Shown in pieces: positions 13,455 to 23,463 of a stretch of DNA of 64,000 nt. The position numbers and the translations under genes were made by a program. The stretch lies in NCBI RefSeq assembly GCF_965262535.1, contig NZ_OZ253542.1; one strand, 5' to 3'. This DNA comes from Brevundimonas sp. (lineage in GTDB: Bacteria; Pseudomonadota; Alphaproteobacteria; Caulobacterales; Caulobacteraceae). Numbering within the stretch: the stretch's first letter is position 1; each line of letters opens with the position of its first letter. Below the pieces are notes generated by a model. It saw only the letters and a list, made by a program, of their open reading frames with translations. It was not told where the DNA came from and searched no databases.

Positions 13455-14036
13455 TCACGTCGTGGGGCGCGCGTCCGACCCGACCGAGGCCGACGCCGCT
13501 AGATCAAGAGCCCTTCGTCCGTCCGTTGGGTGCGCCCAGTCGGGCGCGATCTCCGCGATCGGCCCCATCACGAACCGTCGCTCTGCGGCGCGAGGATGCG
13601 GCAGGATCAGCCCGTTCAGATCAACGCTCAGCCGGCCATAGGCGATCAGGTCCAGATCCAGCGTGCGCGGGGCGTTGCGGACCGAACGCCGGCGGCCGAA
13701 GGCATCCTCGATCCGGCCCAGGTTCGTCATCAGGGCGTGCGGGTCGTGGTCTGTGCGCACAATCGCGACCCCGTTCAGGAACGGCGGATCGGACGGGTCG
13801 GGCCAGGCCAGCGACGACCACCAGCTGGAACGCGCGACGACATCGATCCCCTCGCTGCGGAACCGCGCCAGCGCCGCCTCCAGCGCCTCGCGGCAAGAGG
13901 CCCATACCCCCTTGTCATTGCAGCCCAGCGCAACGATGACTGCCTGGTCCAGGTTCAGCGTCTCGTCGATTCTCACATCGACACAGGCCGTCGCCGGGGC
14001 GTCATTTTCTTCATTCCTTTTGTCGGCTTCGACCAT
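13455..14036 (-). CDS. folK: 2-amino-4-hydroxy-6-hydroxymethyldihydropteridine diphosphokinase
   Basis: VIVALGCN, FLNGVA, RNAPRTLDLDLI, LPHPR. Alternative GTG start at 13976. Confidence 0.93.
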   Translation of the reverse strand: MVEADKRNEENDAPATACVDVRIDETLNLDQAVIVALGCNDKGVWASCREALEAALARFRSEGIDVVARSSWWSSLAWPDPSDPPFLNGVAIVRTDHDPHALMTNLGRIEDAFGRRRSVRNAPRTLDLDLIAYGRLSVDLNGLILPHPRAAERRFVMGPIAEIAPDWAHPTDGRRALDLAASASVGSDARPTT

Positions 14037-14571
14037 GTTTCATTCCACCGACCGCCTGGCGATCTTCATCGACGGGTCCAACCTCTATTCCGCCGCTCGC
14101 GCGCTTCAACACGACATGGACTTCCGGCGGATGCTGGACTGGTTCCGCGAGAAATCGGTCGTGACCCGCGCCTATTATTACACGGCCATAGTCGAGGGCG
14201 AAGAGTTCTCGCCGGTGAAGCCGCTTGTGGACTGGCTGGACTACAACGGCTTTTCGGTCGTGACCAAGCCGGTCAAACGCTTCACTGACGGCGCGGGCCA
14301 CAGCCGGATCAAGGGCAATATGGACATGGAGATCGCGGTCGACATGATGGAGCTGGCCCCGCACATCAACCACGCCGTCCTGTTCTCGGGCGACGGCGAT
14401 TTCCGCCGCGTGGTTCAGGCGATCCAGGCCAAGGGCGTGCGGGTCACGGTCATCTCGACCCAGAAGACCCAGCCGCCGCACATCGCCGACGAACTGCGCC
14501 GTCAGGCCGACGCCTTCCTGGACCTGAACGACCTGATGGCCGAGTTCGGTCGTCCGAAGGCCGCGCAATGA
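14035..14571 (+). CDS. NYN-domain (LabA/DUF88-like) protein
   Basis: AIFIDGSNLY, KGNMDMEIAVD, LFSGDGDF, ELRRQADAF. Confidence 0.9.
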   Translation: MFHSTDRLAIFIDGSNLYSAARALQHDMDFRRMLDWFREKSVVTRAYYYTAIVEGEEFSPVKPLVDWLDYNGFSVVTKPVKRFTDGAGHSRIKGNMDMEIAVDMMELAPHINHAVLFSGDGDFRRVVQAIQAKGVRVTVISTQKTQPPHIADELRRQADAFLDLNDLMAEFGRPKAAQ

Positions 14572-15206
14572 GCCTGACGCCCGAACCGCCCCGCGACTGC
14601 CCCCTGTGCCCGCGCCTGGTCGAGTACCGCCGGGAGAATGCGCGCCAGAACCCCGACTGGTGGAACGGTCCGGCCGCCTCCTTCGGCGATGCGAATGCGC
14701 GGCTGCTGATCGCCGGCCTGGCGCCGGGCCGCATGGGCGCCAACCGCACGGGCCGGCCCTTCACCGGGGACCACGCCGGATGGCTGCTGTACGACACGCT
14801 GAAGAAGGCCGGATTCGCACATGGCCATTACGACCCGAACGGGCACGACGACCTGACGCTGACGGATTGCATGATCACCAACGCCGTGCGCTGCGCGCCG
14901 CCCGGCAACAAGCCCCTGCCGATCGAAGAGACGACCTGCCGGCCCTTCCTGATCGACCGGCTGAAGCTGCTGCCCAATCTGAAGGTGATCGTGACCTTGG
15001 GCGACGTGTCGCGCCGCAACATCCTGAAGGCCTTCGGACGGCCGGCGTCGGCCATGCCGGCGGGCCATGGCGCCCAGGGCGAAGCGGGCGGCTACATCAT
15101 CCTGAACAGCTATCACTGCTCTCGGCTGAACACGAACACCGGCCGGCTGACGCCCGAGATGTTCGAGGACATCTTCGCGCGCGTTCGCACCTTGATCGAA
15201 AGCTGA
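14568..15206 (+). CDS. Uracil-DNA glycosylase (family 5-like, Fe-S)
   Basis: CPLCPRL, GLAPGRMGANRTGRPFTGD, SYHCSRLNTNTGRLT. Confidence 0.9.
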   Translation: MSLTPEPPRDCPLCPRLVEYRRENARQNPDWWNGPAASFGDANARLLIAGLAPGRMGANRTGRPFTGDHAGWLLYDTLKKAGFAHGHYDPNGHDDLTLTDCMITNAVRCAPPGNKPLPIEETTCRPFLIDRLKLLPNLKVIVTLGDVSRRNILKAFGRPASAMPAGHGAQGEAGGYIILNSYHCSRLNTNTGRLTPEMFEDIFARVRTLIES

Positions 15207-15216
15207 CCTCCGCGGA

Positions 15217-15690
15217 TCAGCCCTTGTCGCGCATCAGCCGGGCCTTGTCGCGCTGCCAGTCGCGTTCGGCCGAGGCTTCGCGCTTGTCGTGCAGCTTCTT
15301 GCCCTTGGCCAAAGCGATCTCCAGCTTGGCCTTGCCGGCGTCGTTCAGATACAGCCTCAGCGGAATGATCGTCTGGCCGTCGCGCTGAACCGCCCCGATC
15401 AGCCGGTCGATCTGCTTTCTGTGCAGCAACAGCTTACGCGGGCGGCGCGGCTCGTGGTTGAACCGATACGCCTGTTTGTAAGGCGGAATGTCGGCGTTGA
15501 TCAGCACGATCTCGCGCCCCTCCACCGCCGCATAGCTTTCGGCGATATTGGCCCGGCCGTCACGCAGCGCCTTGATCTCGGTGCCCAGCAGCTGGATCCC
15601 GGCCTCGATATTGTCCTCCAGGAAATAGTCGAAGCGCGCGCGTCGGTTCTCGGCGATCAGCTTGGATTTGGATTGCGGTTGGGGCGCCAT
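15217..15690 (-). CDS. smpB: SsrA-binding protein
   Basis: [38 protein letters not shown]. Confidence 0.97.
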   Translation of the reverse strand: MAPQPQSKSKLIAENRRARFDYFLEDNIEAGIQLLGTEIKALRDGRANIAESYAAVEGREIVLINADIPPYKQAYRFNHEPRRPRKLLLHRKQIDRLIGAVQRDGQTIIPLRLYLNDAGKAKLEIALAKGKKLHDKREASAERDWQRDKARLMRDKG

Positions 15691-16574
15691 TAGCCGACCC
15701 CTGCATCCGCCATGGCGCGGTCGATGATCGGTTTGACCGCGTCCGACGTCGGCGACAGCGGCAGGCGCGCCTCCTCGTTGCACAGGCCCAACTTGGCGAG
15801 AGCGTATTTGGTCGGCGCCGGAGAATTGTCCAGGAACAGCGCCTTGCACAGGCCAATCAAACGGCCTTGCCATTCCCGCGCCGTGGCGTAGTCGCCGGCC
15901 GTCATGGCGTTGTGAAGCGCGACCATGGCCTCGGGCGCGACGTTCGACGCCACCGAGATCAGCCCCACGCCGCCGTGGGCGTGGTAGCCCAGATAGCTGG
16001 GATCATCGCCCGAGATCAGATCGAATTGGTCCGCGATATTGGCGCGCATCCAACTGACGCGGCTCATGTCGCCGGTGGCGTCCTTGATGCCGACGATGTT
16101 CGGATGGGCCGCCAGGCGCGCGACGGTCTCATTGGCCAGATCGGCCCCCGTCCGCCCCGGCACGTTGTACAGCAGGATCGGCAGTTGCACCGCGTCGGCG
16201 ACCGCCTCGAAATGAGCCGCCATCCCCGCCTGCGACGGGCGGATGTAATAGGGTGTGACGATCAGCGCCCCGTCCGCCCCCACCGTCTTGGCGTGACGGG
16301 TCAGATCGATGGCTTCCTTGGTGTAGGGCGACCCCGTTCCGGCGATGACGCTGACCCGGCCGGCGACCAGACGCACGCACAGCTCGATGACGTGCTTGTG
16401 CTCGTCCAGATCCATGCTGGCGCCCTCGCCCGTCGTGCCCATCGGGACGACGCCGTGAACCCCTGCGGCGATCTGACGCTCGAGCAGTTTGGCGAATGCG
16501 GCTTCGTCCACGTTTCCGTCACGAAGTGGTGTGATCAGGGCGGTGATCACGCCCTTGAACAAGGGGGCGTTCAT
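15690..16574 (-). CDS. dapA: 4-hydroxy-tetrahydrodipicolinate synthase
   Basis: [21 protein letters not shown]. Confidence 0.93.
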   Translation of the reverse strand: MNAPLFKGVITALITPLRDGNVDEAAFAKLLERQIAAGVHGVVPMGTTGEGASMDLDEHKHVIELCVRLVAGRVSVIAGTGSPYTKEAIDLTRHAKTVGADGALIVTPYYIRPSQAGMAAHFEAVADAVQLPILLYNVPGRTGADLANETVARLAAHPNIVGIKDATGDMSRVSWMRANIADQFDLISGDDPSYLGYHAHGGVGLISVASNVAPEAMVALHNAMTAGDYATAREWQGRLIGLCKALFLDNSPAPTKYALAKLGLCNEEARLPLSPTSDAVKPIIDRAMADAGVG

Positions 16575-16699
16575 GAGACTAAGCTGGCCTGCGTGGGGAG
16601 TGACGATGGACGGATGTTCATCGCCTTTGCAATGAGCGCGGGACGTTAGGTCGCCAGCGGCTCCGCCGCAACCGGGATTGAATGGGAACAGGACAGATC

Positions 16700-18760
16700 A
16701 TGATCGCGACCAGTCTGGCGGCGGCCCTCGCCGTCCTTGCGCCGAACCCGCAGGACGTCCTGCCCACCCAGCCTGTGCCCTATGCGTCGGCGTCCTCGTC
16801 CGTGCCCGGCTATTCCGCCACCTATCAGGGCCGCGTGCTGGACGATCAGGACACGGCGCTGTTTCGCCAGGGGCTGGCGGCCGCCCGCGCGCGCGACGTG
16901 TTCGGCGCCCAATCCGCCATGTCCCAGATCCGCGACGCCTCGGCCCGCAAGCTGGTCGAATGGGCGCTGATCGACACCTCGGGCGAACAACTGGCCTATT
17001 CCGATCTGGCGCGGGGCCAGAGCGACCTGGCCAACTGGCCGCGCGGCGAATCACGTCGCGCCGCCGCCGAAAAGGTTCTGGACCGGTCCGGCCTGGGCGC
17101 CGACGCGGCCCTGTCGCTGATGGCCGACGGCAAGCCGACGACGGTCGAAGGCGCCATCGCCTACGCCTCGGCGCTGGAGCAACGCGGCCGCCAGGATCAG
17201 GCCCGCGATCTGGTGCGCGACTGGTGGCGCACGCGGTCGTTCGACGACGCGCCGCAATCGCGGATCCTGGCCCGTTGGGGCGCGTGGCTGACGCCGGCGG
17301 ATCACGAGGCGCGGCTGAACATGCTGTTGCTGGGCCCGCACGGCCCGGCGACGCGCAGCATGGTCAATCTGGTCTCGCCTGATCGAGCAGCAATCGCCAA
17401 CACGGTCATGACCCTGCGCTCGGCCTACAGCCCCGACGCGGTCATCGCCAATCTGACGCCCGCCCAGGCGGCCGATCCGGCCGTGGTGCTGGAGCGCGTC
17501 CGCCTTTTGCGGTCGCAGAACCGTCAGTCGGAAGGATTCGCCCTGCTGGCCAATCTGCCGCCCGCCCCGGCCCATACGACCGGCGACAACACCCTGTGGA
17601 GCGAGCGTCGCAACTATTTTCTGGACGCCCTGCAGCAAGGCAACTGGCGCGCCGCCTATGACGCCATGAACGGCCACGGCTTCACCTCGGGCGACCGGAT
17701 GGTGGACGCCGAGTTCTTCGCCGGCTGGGTCGCCCTGACCAAGCTGAACCAGCCCGAGGTCGCCGCCCGCCATTTCGAGGCCCTGCGCACCGCCTCCTCC
17801 ACGCCTATCACCCAGGGCCGCGCCTACTACTGGCTGGGCCGGGCGGCAGAGGCGCGCGGCGAACGCGACGCGGCGCTGGGCTACTATCGCAGCGGCGCCC
17901 AGCACTGGCAGACCTTCTATGGTCAGCTGGCGGCCGAGAAGGCGGGCATGACAACGCTTCAGCTTCCGGGCGAACCCGTCCCATCCCAGGCCGACATCGC
18001 CCGGTTCGAAGGCAATGAGATCGTGCGCGCCACACGCATCCTGGGCGAGACGGGCGAGATGAGCCTGCTGCGCGTCTTCGCCTATCAGTTGGACAACGAC
18101 CTGCCGACGATCAACGATCTGGCCCTGCTGATGGACCTGTCGCGCGGCTATGGCGAGGGCTTCACCGCCATGATGGTGGGTCGCGCCGCCAGCCAGCGCG
18201 GCTTCGTCATGCCCGAGCGTATGTATCCGGTGCGCATTCCGCCCCAAGTCGCCGGCGCGGCCCCGCTGGAATTCACCCAAGCCATCACGCGCCAGGAATC
18301 CAGCTTCGATCCGCGCGCCCGCTCCGGCGCCGACGCGCGCGGCATGATGCAGTTCCTGCCGTCCACCGCCTCGGGCGTCGCTCGTCGACTCGGGATGGGC
18401 TATTCGGCCGAACAGCTGTGGGACCCCGACTACAACATGACCCTGGGCAGCTATCACCTGGGCGAGCTGATGGCCGCCAACAACGGCTCCATGCTGCTGG
18501 CGACGGTGGGCTACAATGCCGGCCCGGCGCGTCCCAGCCAGTGGATCGCGCGCTGCGGCGACCCGCGCGGCGATGCGATCAAGACCATCGACTTCATCGA
18601 ATGCGCCCCCTTCACCGAGACGCGCAACTATATGATGCGGGTGATGGAGAATATGGCAGTCTACAAGGCGCGCTTGAACGGCGGCACGGCGCCGCTGACG
18701 CCCTCGGCCGACATATCGCGCGGCGCGGCCGCAGGCCCCAGGCCCTACGCCGGTTACTGA
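16700..18760 (+). CDS. Soluble lytic murein transglycosylase (Slt70-like)
   Basis: Signal peptide; C-terminal ITRQES, GMMQFLPSTA, GYNAGP, ETRNY motifs. Confidence 0.92.
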   Translation: MIATSLAAALAVLAPNPQDVLPTQPVPYASASSSVPGYSATYQGRVLDDQDTALFRQGLAAARARDVFGAQSAMSQIRDASARKLVEWALIDTSGEQLAYSDLARGQSDLANWPRGESRRAAAEKVLDRSGLGADAALSLMADGKPTTVEGAIAYASALEQRGRQDQARDLVRDWWRTRSFDDAPQSRILARWGAWLTPADHEARLNMLLLGPHGPATRSMVNLVSPDRAAIANTVMTLRSAYSPDAVIANLTPAQAADPAVVLERVRLLRSQNRQSEGFALLANLPPAPAHTTGDNTLWSERRNYFLDALQQGNWRAAYDAMNGHGFTSGDRMVDAEFFAGWVALTKLNQPEVAARHFEALRTASSTPITQGRAYYWLGRAAEARGERDAALGYYRSGAQHWQTFYGQLAAEKAGMTTLQLPGEPVPSQADIARFEGNEIVRATRILGETGEMSLLRVFAYQLDNDLPTINDLALLMDLSRGYGEGFTAMMVGRAASQRGFVMPERMYPVRIPPQVAGAAPLEFTQAITRQESSFDPRARSGADARGMMQFLPSTASGVARRLGMGYSAEQLWDPDYNMTLGSYHLGELMAANNGSMLLATVGYNAGPARPSQWIARCGDPRGDAIKTIDFIECAPFTETRNYMMRVMENMAVYKARLNGGTAPLTPSADISRGAAAGPRPYAGY

Positions 18761-19509
18761 GCGCGGCGGGCCGCCAACAGCGGTCCGTTCGGCCCTTCGA
18801 CCCAGCCGCCGTCCAGCCCGAACGTCCGACGCAGGACGTCGGGCGCCAGCGCCTGCATCGGCGGAGCGTTAGCAACCACTTCGCCCCGGTCCATCACCAC
18901 CACGCGGTCGGCGACGGTCGCGGCCAGGGTAAGGTCGTGCAGACTGACCAGCACCCCAGACCCGCTGTCGGCCCGCGCCCTCAACCGCTCCAGCACAAGC
19001 CGCTGGGCGTCCGGGTCCAGGCCGGCGATGGGTTCGTCGGCCAGCAGCAGCGGCGCATCGACCACCAGCGCCCGCGCCAGCAGAACCCGTGCTCGCTCGC
19101 CGCCCGACATTTCCGCCACGCCGCGATCCGCCAGATGACCGGCGTCCACCTCGTCCAACGCCGCAACAGCCCGCGCCAGGGCCTCGACGCCCGACAGGAA
19201 GGGCCCGCCAAGGGCCGCCACCTCGACCGCCGGCAGGTTCCAGGCGATGCGTCGTTCCTGTGGCAGATAGGCCGCCCGTTCCGCGCGCTGACGATGGGAC
19301 AGGTCCGCGAGCAGCATTCCGCCCAGCCTGATCTGACCGCCGGTGGTCGCCAGCAGGCCCACAGCCGCGCGGATGGCGCTGCTCTTGCCCGCCCCGTTCG
19401 GCCCGCACAGGGCGACGACCTCCCCGGCCGAAACCGACAGATCAATCCCGTCCAGCACGACGGCCTTGTCCAGCCGCGCTCGAACACGCTCCAGCGACAG
19501 CAGGCTCAC
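18754..19509 (-). CDS. Cobalamin/iron-chelate ABC transporter ATPase (BtuD/FepC-like)
   Basis: GPNGAGKS, MSGGERARV, LLADEP, VSLHD. Confidence 0.9.
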   Translation of the reverse strand: MSLLSLERVRARLDKAVVLDGIDLSVSAGEVVALCGPNGAGKSSAIRAAVGLLATTGGQIRLGGMLLADLSHRQRAERAAYLPQERRIAWNLPAVEVAALGGPFLSGVEALARAVAALDEVDAGHLADRGVAEMSGGERARVLLARALVVDAPLLLADEPIAGLDPDAQRLVLERLRARADSGSGVLVSLHDLTLAATVADRVVVMDRGEVVANAPPMQALAPDVLRRTFGLDGGWVEGPNGPLLAARRAQ

Positions 19510-20495
19510 AGCCGCCACTCCCGCGCCGCGCGCCAGGCGATCAAGGCGAACAGCGGCGCACCGATCAGGGCGGTGAACACGCCCAGCTTCAACTCCTGAT
19601 CCGTCGGCGTCAGCCGCGCCAGCAGATCAGCGACGATCAACATCAACCCGCCGGCCAGCGCCGACGGCGCCAGTATCCGCTTCGCATCGCCGCGCACCAA
19701 CGCCCGGACCAGATGAGGGGCCGCCAGACCTACGAAGCCGATGACGCCTGCCGCCGCGACCGCCGCCCCGGTCGCCACCGCCGCCGCAATCAGGGCGAAC
19801 GCCCTGAGCCGCCCCATGCTCAGGCCCGACGCCGCCGCGCCTTCGTCGCCCAGGGTCAGCATTCTCAGGCCGTCGCCAGACAGGATGGCGAACACGCCCG
19901 CGACGATCACCGCCGGCGTCACCCAGGCCACGTCGATCCAGCTTCGGTTCTGCACCGATCCCAACAGCCACGACATGACCTCAGCCTGCGCGATAGGCGA
20001 CGGCGACAGGTTGAAGATCAGGGCGGTGGCCGCGCCGGCGAAACTGGACACGGCCACGCCGAACAGGATCAATGCCTCAGGCGCCCGCATTGCTCTGGAC
20101 GCGACGATCAACAGGCCGCCCGCCAGCGCCGCCCCCGCCAAGGCTGACATCTCGATCAGTCCGGGCACGGCCGCCGCGCCCAGAACGATGGCCAGCGCCG
20201 CGCCCAGCGCCGCCGTCGCCGACACGCCCAGCACACCCGGATCGGCCAGCGGATTGCGCAACAGCCCCTGCATGACCGCGCCGGCCAGCCCCAGGGCCGC
20301 GCCGACGACAAGGGCGCAGACCGCACGCGGCGCGCGCACCTGCCACAGGACTTCCGCCGGTCCAGACGCCGGATCGCCAAAGGCGGCGCCATACTGCGCC
20401 CCGGTAAATGTCGTCTCGCCCATCAGGATCGCCAGCGCCAGGGCCGCCACGATCAGCAAGCCCAGGATCAGGCATAGTCGCACCGTTCCGCTCAT
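19506..20495 (-). CDS. Cobalamin/iron-chelate ABC permease (BtuC/FecCD family)
   Basis: RAPRA...GAVMQGLLRNPLADPGVLGVS, GVIGFVGLAAPHL. Confidence 0.9.
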   Translation of the reverse strand: MSGTVRLCLILGLLIVAALALAILMGETTFTGAQYGAAFGDPASGPAEVLWQVRAPRAVCALVVGAALGLAGAVMQGLLRNPLADPGVLGVSATAALGAALAIVLGAAAVPGLIEMSALAGAALAGGLLIVASRAMRAPEALILFGVAVSSFAGAATALIFNLSPSPIAQAEVMSWLLGSVQNRSWIDVAWVTPAVIVAGVFAILSGDGLRMLTLGDEGAAASGLSMGRLRAFALIAAAVATGAAVAAAGVIGFVGLAAPHLVRALVRGDAKRILAPSALAGGLMLIVADLLARLTPTDQELKLGVFTALIGAPLFALIAWRAAREWRL

Positions 20496-21298
20496 GGCCG
20501 CCCCTCGGCCATCATCGCCACCGCATCGGCGGCGAACCAGGCCGGGCAGGTCAGGGTCGCGGCGGGCAGACGCGCCGCCGTCCGTCCTTGCGCCGCCCGA
20601 CGAACGACCGGATGCCGGCCCGGCCCGCGCAGGTCGGCCCGCAATTGATCGAAGAAGCCCAGTATAAACCGCGCCGGCGGGTTCATGGCGATCCTTTCCA
20701 CGCTGATCGCGCCGAATCCGGGCGCCGTCGTCAGATTGCGGAAACCCGCCGCCCGCATCATGGCGTCCATCAAGGTGCCGGGCCCCGACGTAAATCCGCC
20801 CGAGGTCAGATAGACCGCCCCCGGCGCCTGGGTCGCACCTCGCGCAGGCGCCGCCCGGGCCAGTTTGGCGTCCATCCGCTGTTCCAGCCTGCGCCCGCGC
20901 TCGACCTGGCCCAGCCCGCTGGCCACTGTGCGGATGTTGCGCCGAACGCCCTCCAGATCCACGGCGTCCTCGATGGTGATCACCTTGACCCCGCGCTGCT
21001 CAAGCGCCGTCAACAGCCGAGGCTCGCCGCCCCAATAGCGCACCACGACATCGGGCCGAAACCCGACAGCCGCCTCCAGCGTCGGCCGTAAACGCAACCG
21101 CCCGGCGGCCTCGCGCCGCAGCCAGGCGTCGGGATCGTCGGCGCGGGGCGACAGAGCCAGCTGCGAATCCGGCGAAAGCGCCAGCACATATTGATCTGCA
21201 CACTGATCAAGAGCCATGATGCGCAATGGCTGGGCCTGTGCGACACCCGCAACGCCAGTCAGGATCAGGCCCGCCAGCGCCCCCCAGGTCCGCCTCAT
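20492..21298 (-). CDS. ABC substrate-binding protein (BtuF-like)
   Basis: Signal peptide, then PLRIMALDQCADQYVLAL, PTLEAAVGFRPDVVV. Confidence 0.85.
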   Translation of the reverse strand: MRRTWGALAGLILTGVAGVAQAQPLRIMALDQCADQYVLALSPDSQLALSPRADDPDAWLRREAAGRLRLRPTLEAAVGFRPDVVVRYWGGEPRLLTALEQRGVKVITIEDAVDLEGVRRNIRTVASGLGQVERGRRLEQRMDAKLARAAPARGATQAPGAVYLTSGGFTSGPGTLMDAMMRAAGFRNLTTAPGFGAISVERIAMNPPARFILGFFDQLRADLRGPGRHPVVRRAAQGRTAARLPAATLTCPAWFAADAVAMMAEGRP

Positions 21299-21924
21299 GG
21301 TCGAGGCAAACCGGCGAACACGGCGTCCAACATCGTATCCACAAGCAGCTGACGATCCGCCCACGGAAAATAGGGCTTGGTGATCATCAACGACACCACC
21401 CCATGCGCCGTCGCCCATATGGCCTGGGCCAGAACCCCGGGATCGCCCATCAATTCGCCCGCCGTCACCGCGTCGGCCACGGTCGCCTGCAGCGTCGTGA
21501 ACAGACCGGCGCCCAGTTCGCGCGCCATGTCCTGCGCGCCCTCGCGCGCCTCCACCGGCCGCGTCAGATAGATCAGGCGATAGGCGTTGGGATGGGCGAA
21601 GCCGAACGCGACATAGCCGTCGATCATGCGACGCAACCTTTGGATTGGCGGCCAATCCTCGTCGGCGACCGCGGCATTGGCGGCGATCAGGCGGGCGAAG
21701 GCGTCGCGGCAGATTTCCTGCAGGATCGCGCCCTTGTCGGGGAAATGCATGTAGAGGGCCGTCGAAGACAGGCCGACCTCGTCCGCGATCTTGCGGATGG
21801 TGGCGCCCTCGTAGCCATGCTCGACGAAGATCCGTTCGGCCGCCGCCAGGATTTCGCCGCGCCGCGAATGGCCCTCGCCCCTGGGCTTTCGGGTCGTGCG
21901 CGGGGATGTCGAGGCGTCGGACAA
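21295..21924 (-). CDS. TetR/AcrR family regulator
   Basis: EILAAAERIFVEHGYEGATIRKIADEVGLSSTALYMHFPDK HTH; TTG start 7 nt after GGAG. Confidence 0.88.
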   Translation of the reverse strand: MSDASTSPRTTRKPRGEGHSRRGEILAAAERIFVEHGYEGATIRKIADEVGLSSTALYMHFPDKGAILQEICRDAFARLIAANAAVADEDWPPIQRLRRMIDGYVAFGFAHPNAYRLIYLTRPVEAREGAQDMARELGAGLFTTLQATVADAVTAGELMGDPGVLAQAIWATAHGVVSLMITKPYFPWADRQLLVDTMLDAVFAGLPRP

Positions 21925-22041
21925 ACGGTTGCTCCAGATCGGGCGTCCTGAATAGCGACAATCCGTCCACGGCGCCAACCGGCTTGCCGAACGCGGTTGG
22001 TTGCCATAGCCATTGCAGGTTGAACACGGCGCGGGGGCGAG

Positions 22042-23445
22042 GTGGCGAAGGACTGGACACACCCGGGCATCACGCCGCGCACCAGCGGCGCGTGGCGGCG
22101 TGCGCCCAGCGGATTTCAGGTGCTGGCGGCGACCGTTCTCATCGGCGGCTACGCCTTCGCGGTGATCCGCTGGCCGGAGACCGCCTTCATGGCCGGACTG
22201 CTGATCGTTCAGGCGGCCTTCGTCCTGTCCGCGGTATGGAAGACGGTCGTCGCCATCGCCAGCCTGCGCCGCCCCAGGCCGGCGCCCGTGCCCATCGAAT
22301 GGCCGCGCTACACCATACTGGTCGCCCTGCACGACGAGGCGGCGGTGGCGCCGGACCTGATCGCCAATCTGGCCCGCATCGACTATCCGGCCCATCGGCT
22401 GGAGGCCTTCATCGTACTGGAGGCCCACGACGCCGCGACCCTGGCGGCGGTCGAGGCGGCGCCCAAGCCGGCGTGGCTGAAAACCTGCATCGTGCCGCCG
22501 GGCCATCCATTGACCAAGCCGCGCGCGCTGAACCATGCGCTGGCCCAGGCGCGCGGCGACCTTGTCACCATCTATGATGCGGAAGATCGCCCCCATCCGC
22601 AGCAGCTGCGCCGCGCCGCTGCACGTTTTGTCGCCCAACCCCGGCTGGGCTGCCTGCAGGCGCCGTTGCGGATCAGGCCCTCTGGCCGCGCCGGCTCGGC
22701 CTTTCTGGACCGCCAGTTCGCCTTCGAATACGCCGCCCTGTTCGAGGTGACCCTGCCCGGCATGGCGCGCCTCGGCCTGCCCTTTCCTCTGGGCGGGACC
22801 AGCAACCACATCCGCATGACGGCGCTGCGCGCGGCTGGCGGCTGGGACGCGCACAATGTCACCGAGGATGCCGACCTGGGCTTTCGGCTGTGGTCGCTGG
22901 GCTGGACGCTGGATGTCATCGACTGCCCGACCTGGGAGACGCCGCCCGGCGGCCTGGACCGTTGGCTGCCTCAACGTACACGCTGGCTGAAGGGCTATAT
23001 GCAGACCTGGGGCGTCCATACCCGACGTCCGCGCCGGCTGGGGCGGCGCGGCCTGCTGTCGCTGGTCATGACCCTGGGGGCGGCCATCCTGGCGGCGGGG
23101 GCCCATGCGCCCACCCTGGCCTGGCTGGCCTCTGCCGTGTTGGTCGGATTGCATGCCGGGATCGCGCCGGCGACGCCTTTGGCCTCCATCGCGGTTCTGG
23201 CGGCCGGGGTGATCGCCGCCTGGATGGGATGCGCGGTCGGCGCGCGGCGCGCGGGGCTGGACTATCGGTTAGGAGACATGTTGGCTGCGCCCGCCTATTG
23301 GTCGCTGCTCAGCCTGGCCTTCGTTCACGCCGCCTGGCGGCTGATCATTGAGCCGCACGTCTGGGACAAGACCCCGCACGACAGCGAGCTTCAGCCGCTG
23401 GAACTGGTGGTAATCGCCGACGACGCTGGACGCGAGGCCGCCTGA
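22042..23445 (+). CDS. Membrane GT2 glycosyltransferase (cellulose synthase/NfrB-like)
   Basis: YTILVALHDE, TKPRALN, IYDAED, NVTEDADLG, QRTRWLKG; flanking TM segments. Confidence 0.85.
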   Translation: MAKDWTHPGITPRTSGAWRRAPSGFQVLAATVLIGGYAFAVIRWPETAFMAGLLIVQAAFVLSAVWKTVVAIASLRRPRPAPVPIEWPRYTILVALHDEAAVAPDLIANLARIDYPAHRLEAFIVLEAHDAATLAAVEAAPKPAWLKTCIVPPGHPLTKPRALNHALAQARGDLVTIYDAEDRPHPQQLRRAAARFVAQPRLGCLQAPLRIRPSGRAGSAFLDRQFAFEYAALFEVTLPGMARLGLPFPLGGTSNHIRMTALRAAGGWDAHNVTEDADLGFRLWSLGWTLDVIDCPTWETPPGGLDRWLPQRTRWLKGYMQTWGVHTRRPRRLGRRGLLSLVMTLGAAILAAGAHAPTLAWLASAVLVGLHAGIAPATPLASIAVLAAGVIAAWMGCAVGARRAGLDYRLGDMLAAPAYWSLLSLAFVHAAWRLIIEPHVWDKTPHDSELQPLELVVIADDAGREAA

Positions 23446-23463
23446 ACGCCTATCAGCCCGACG

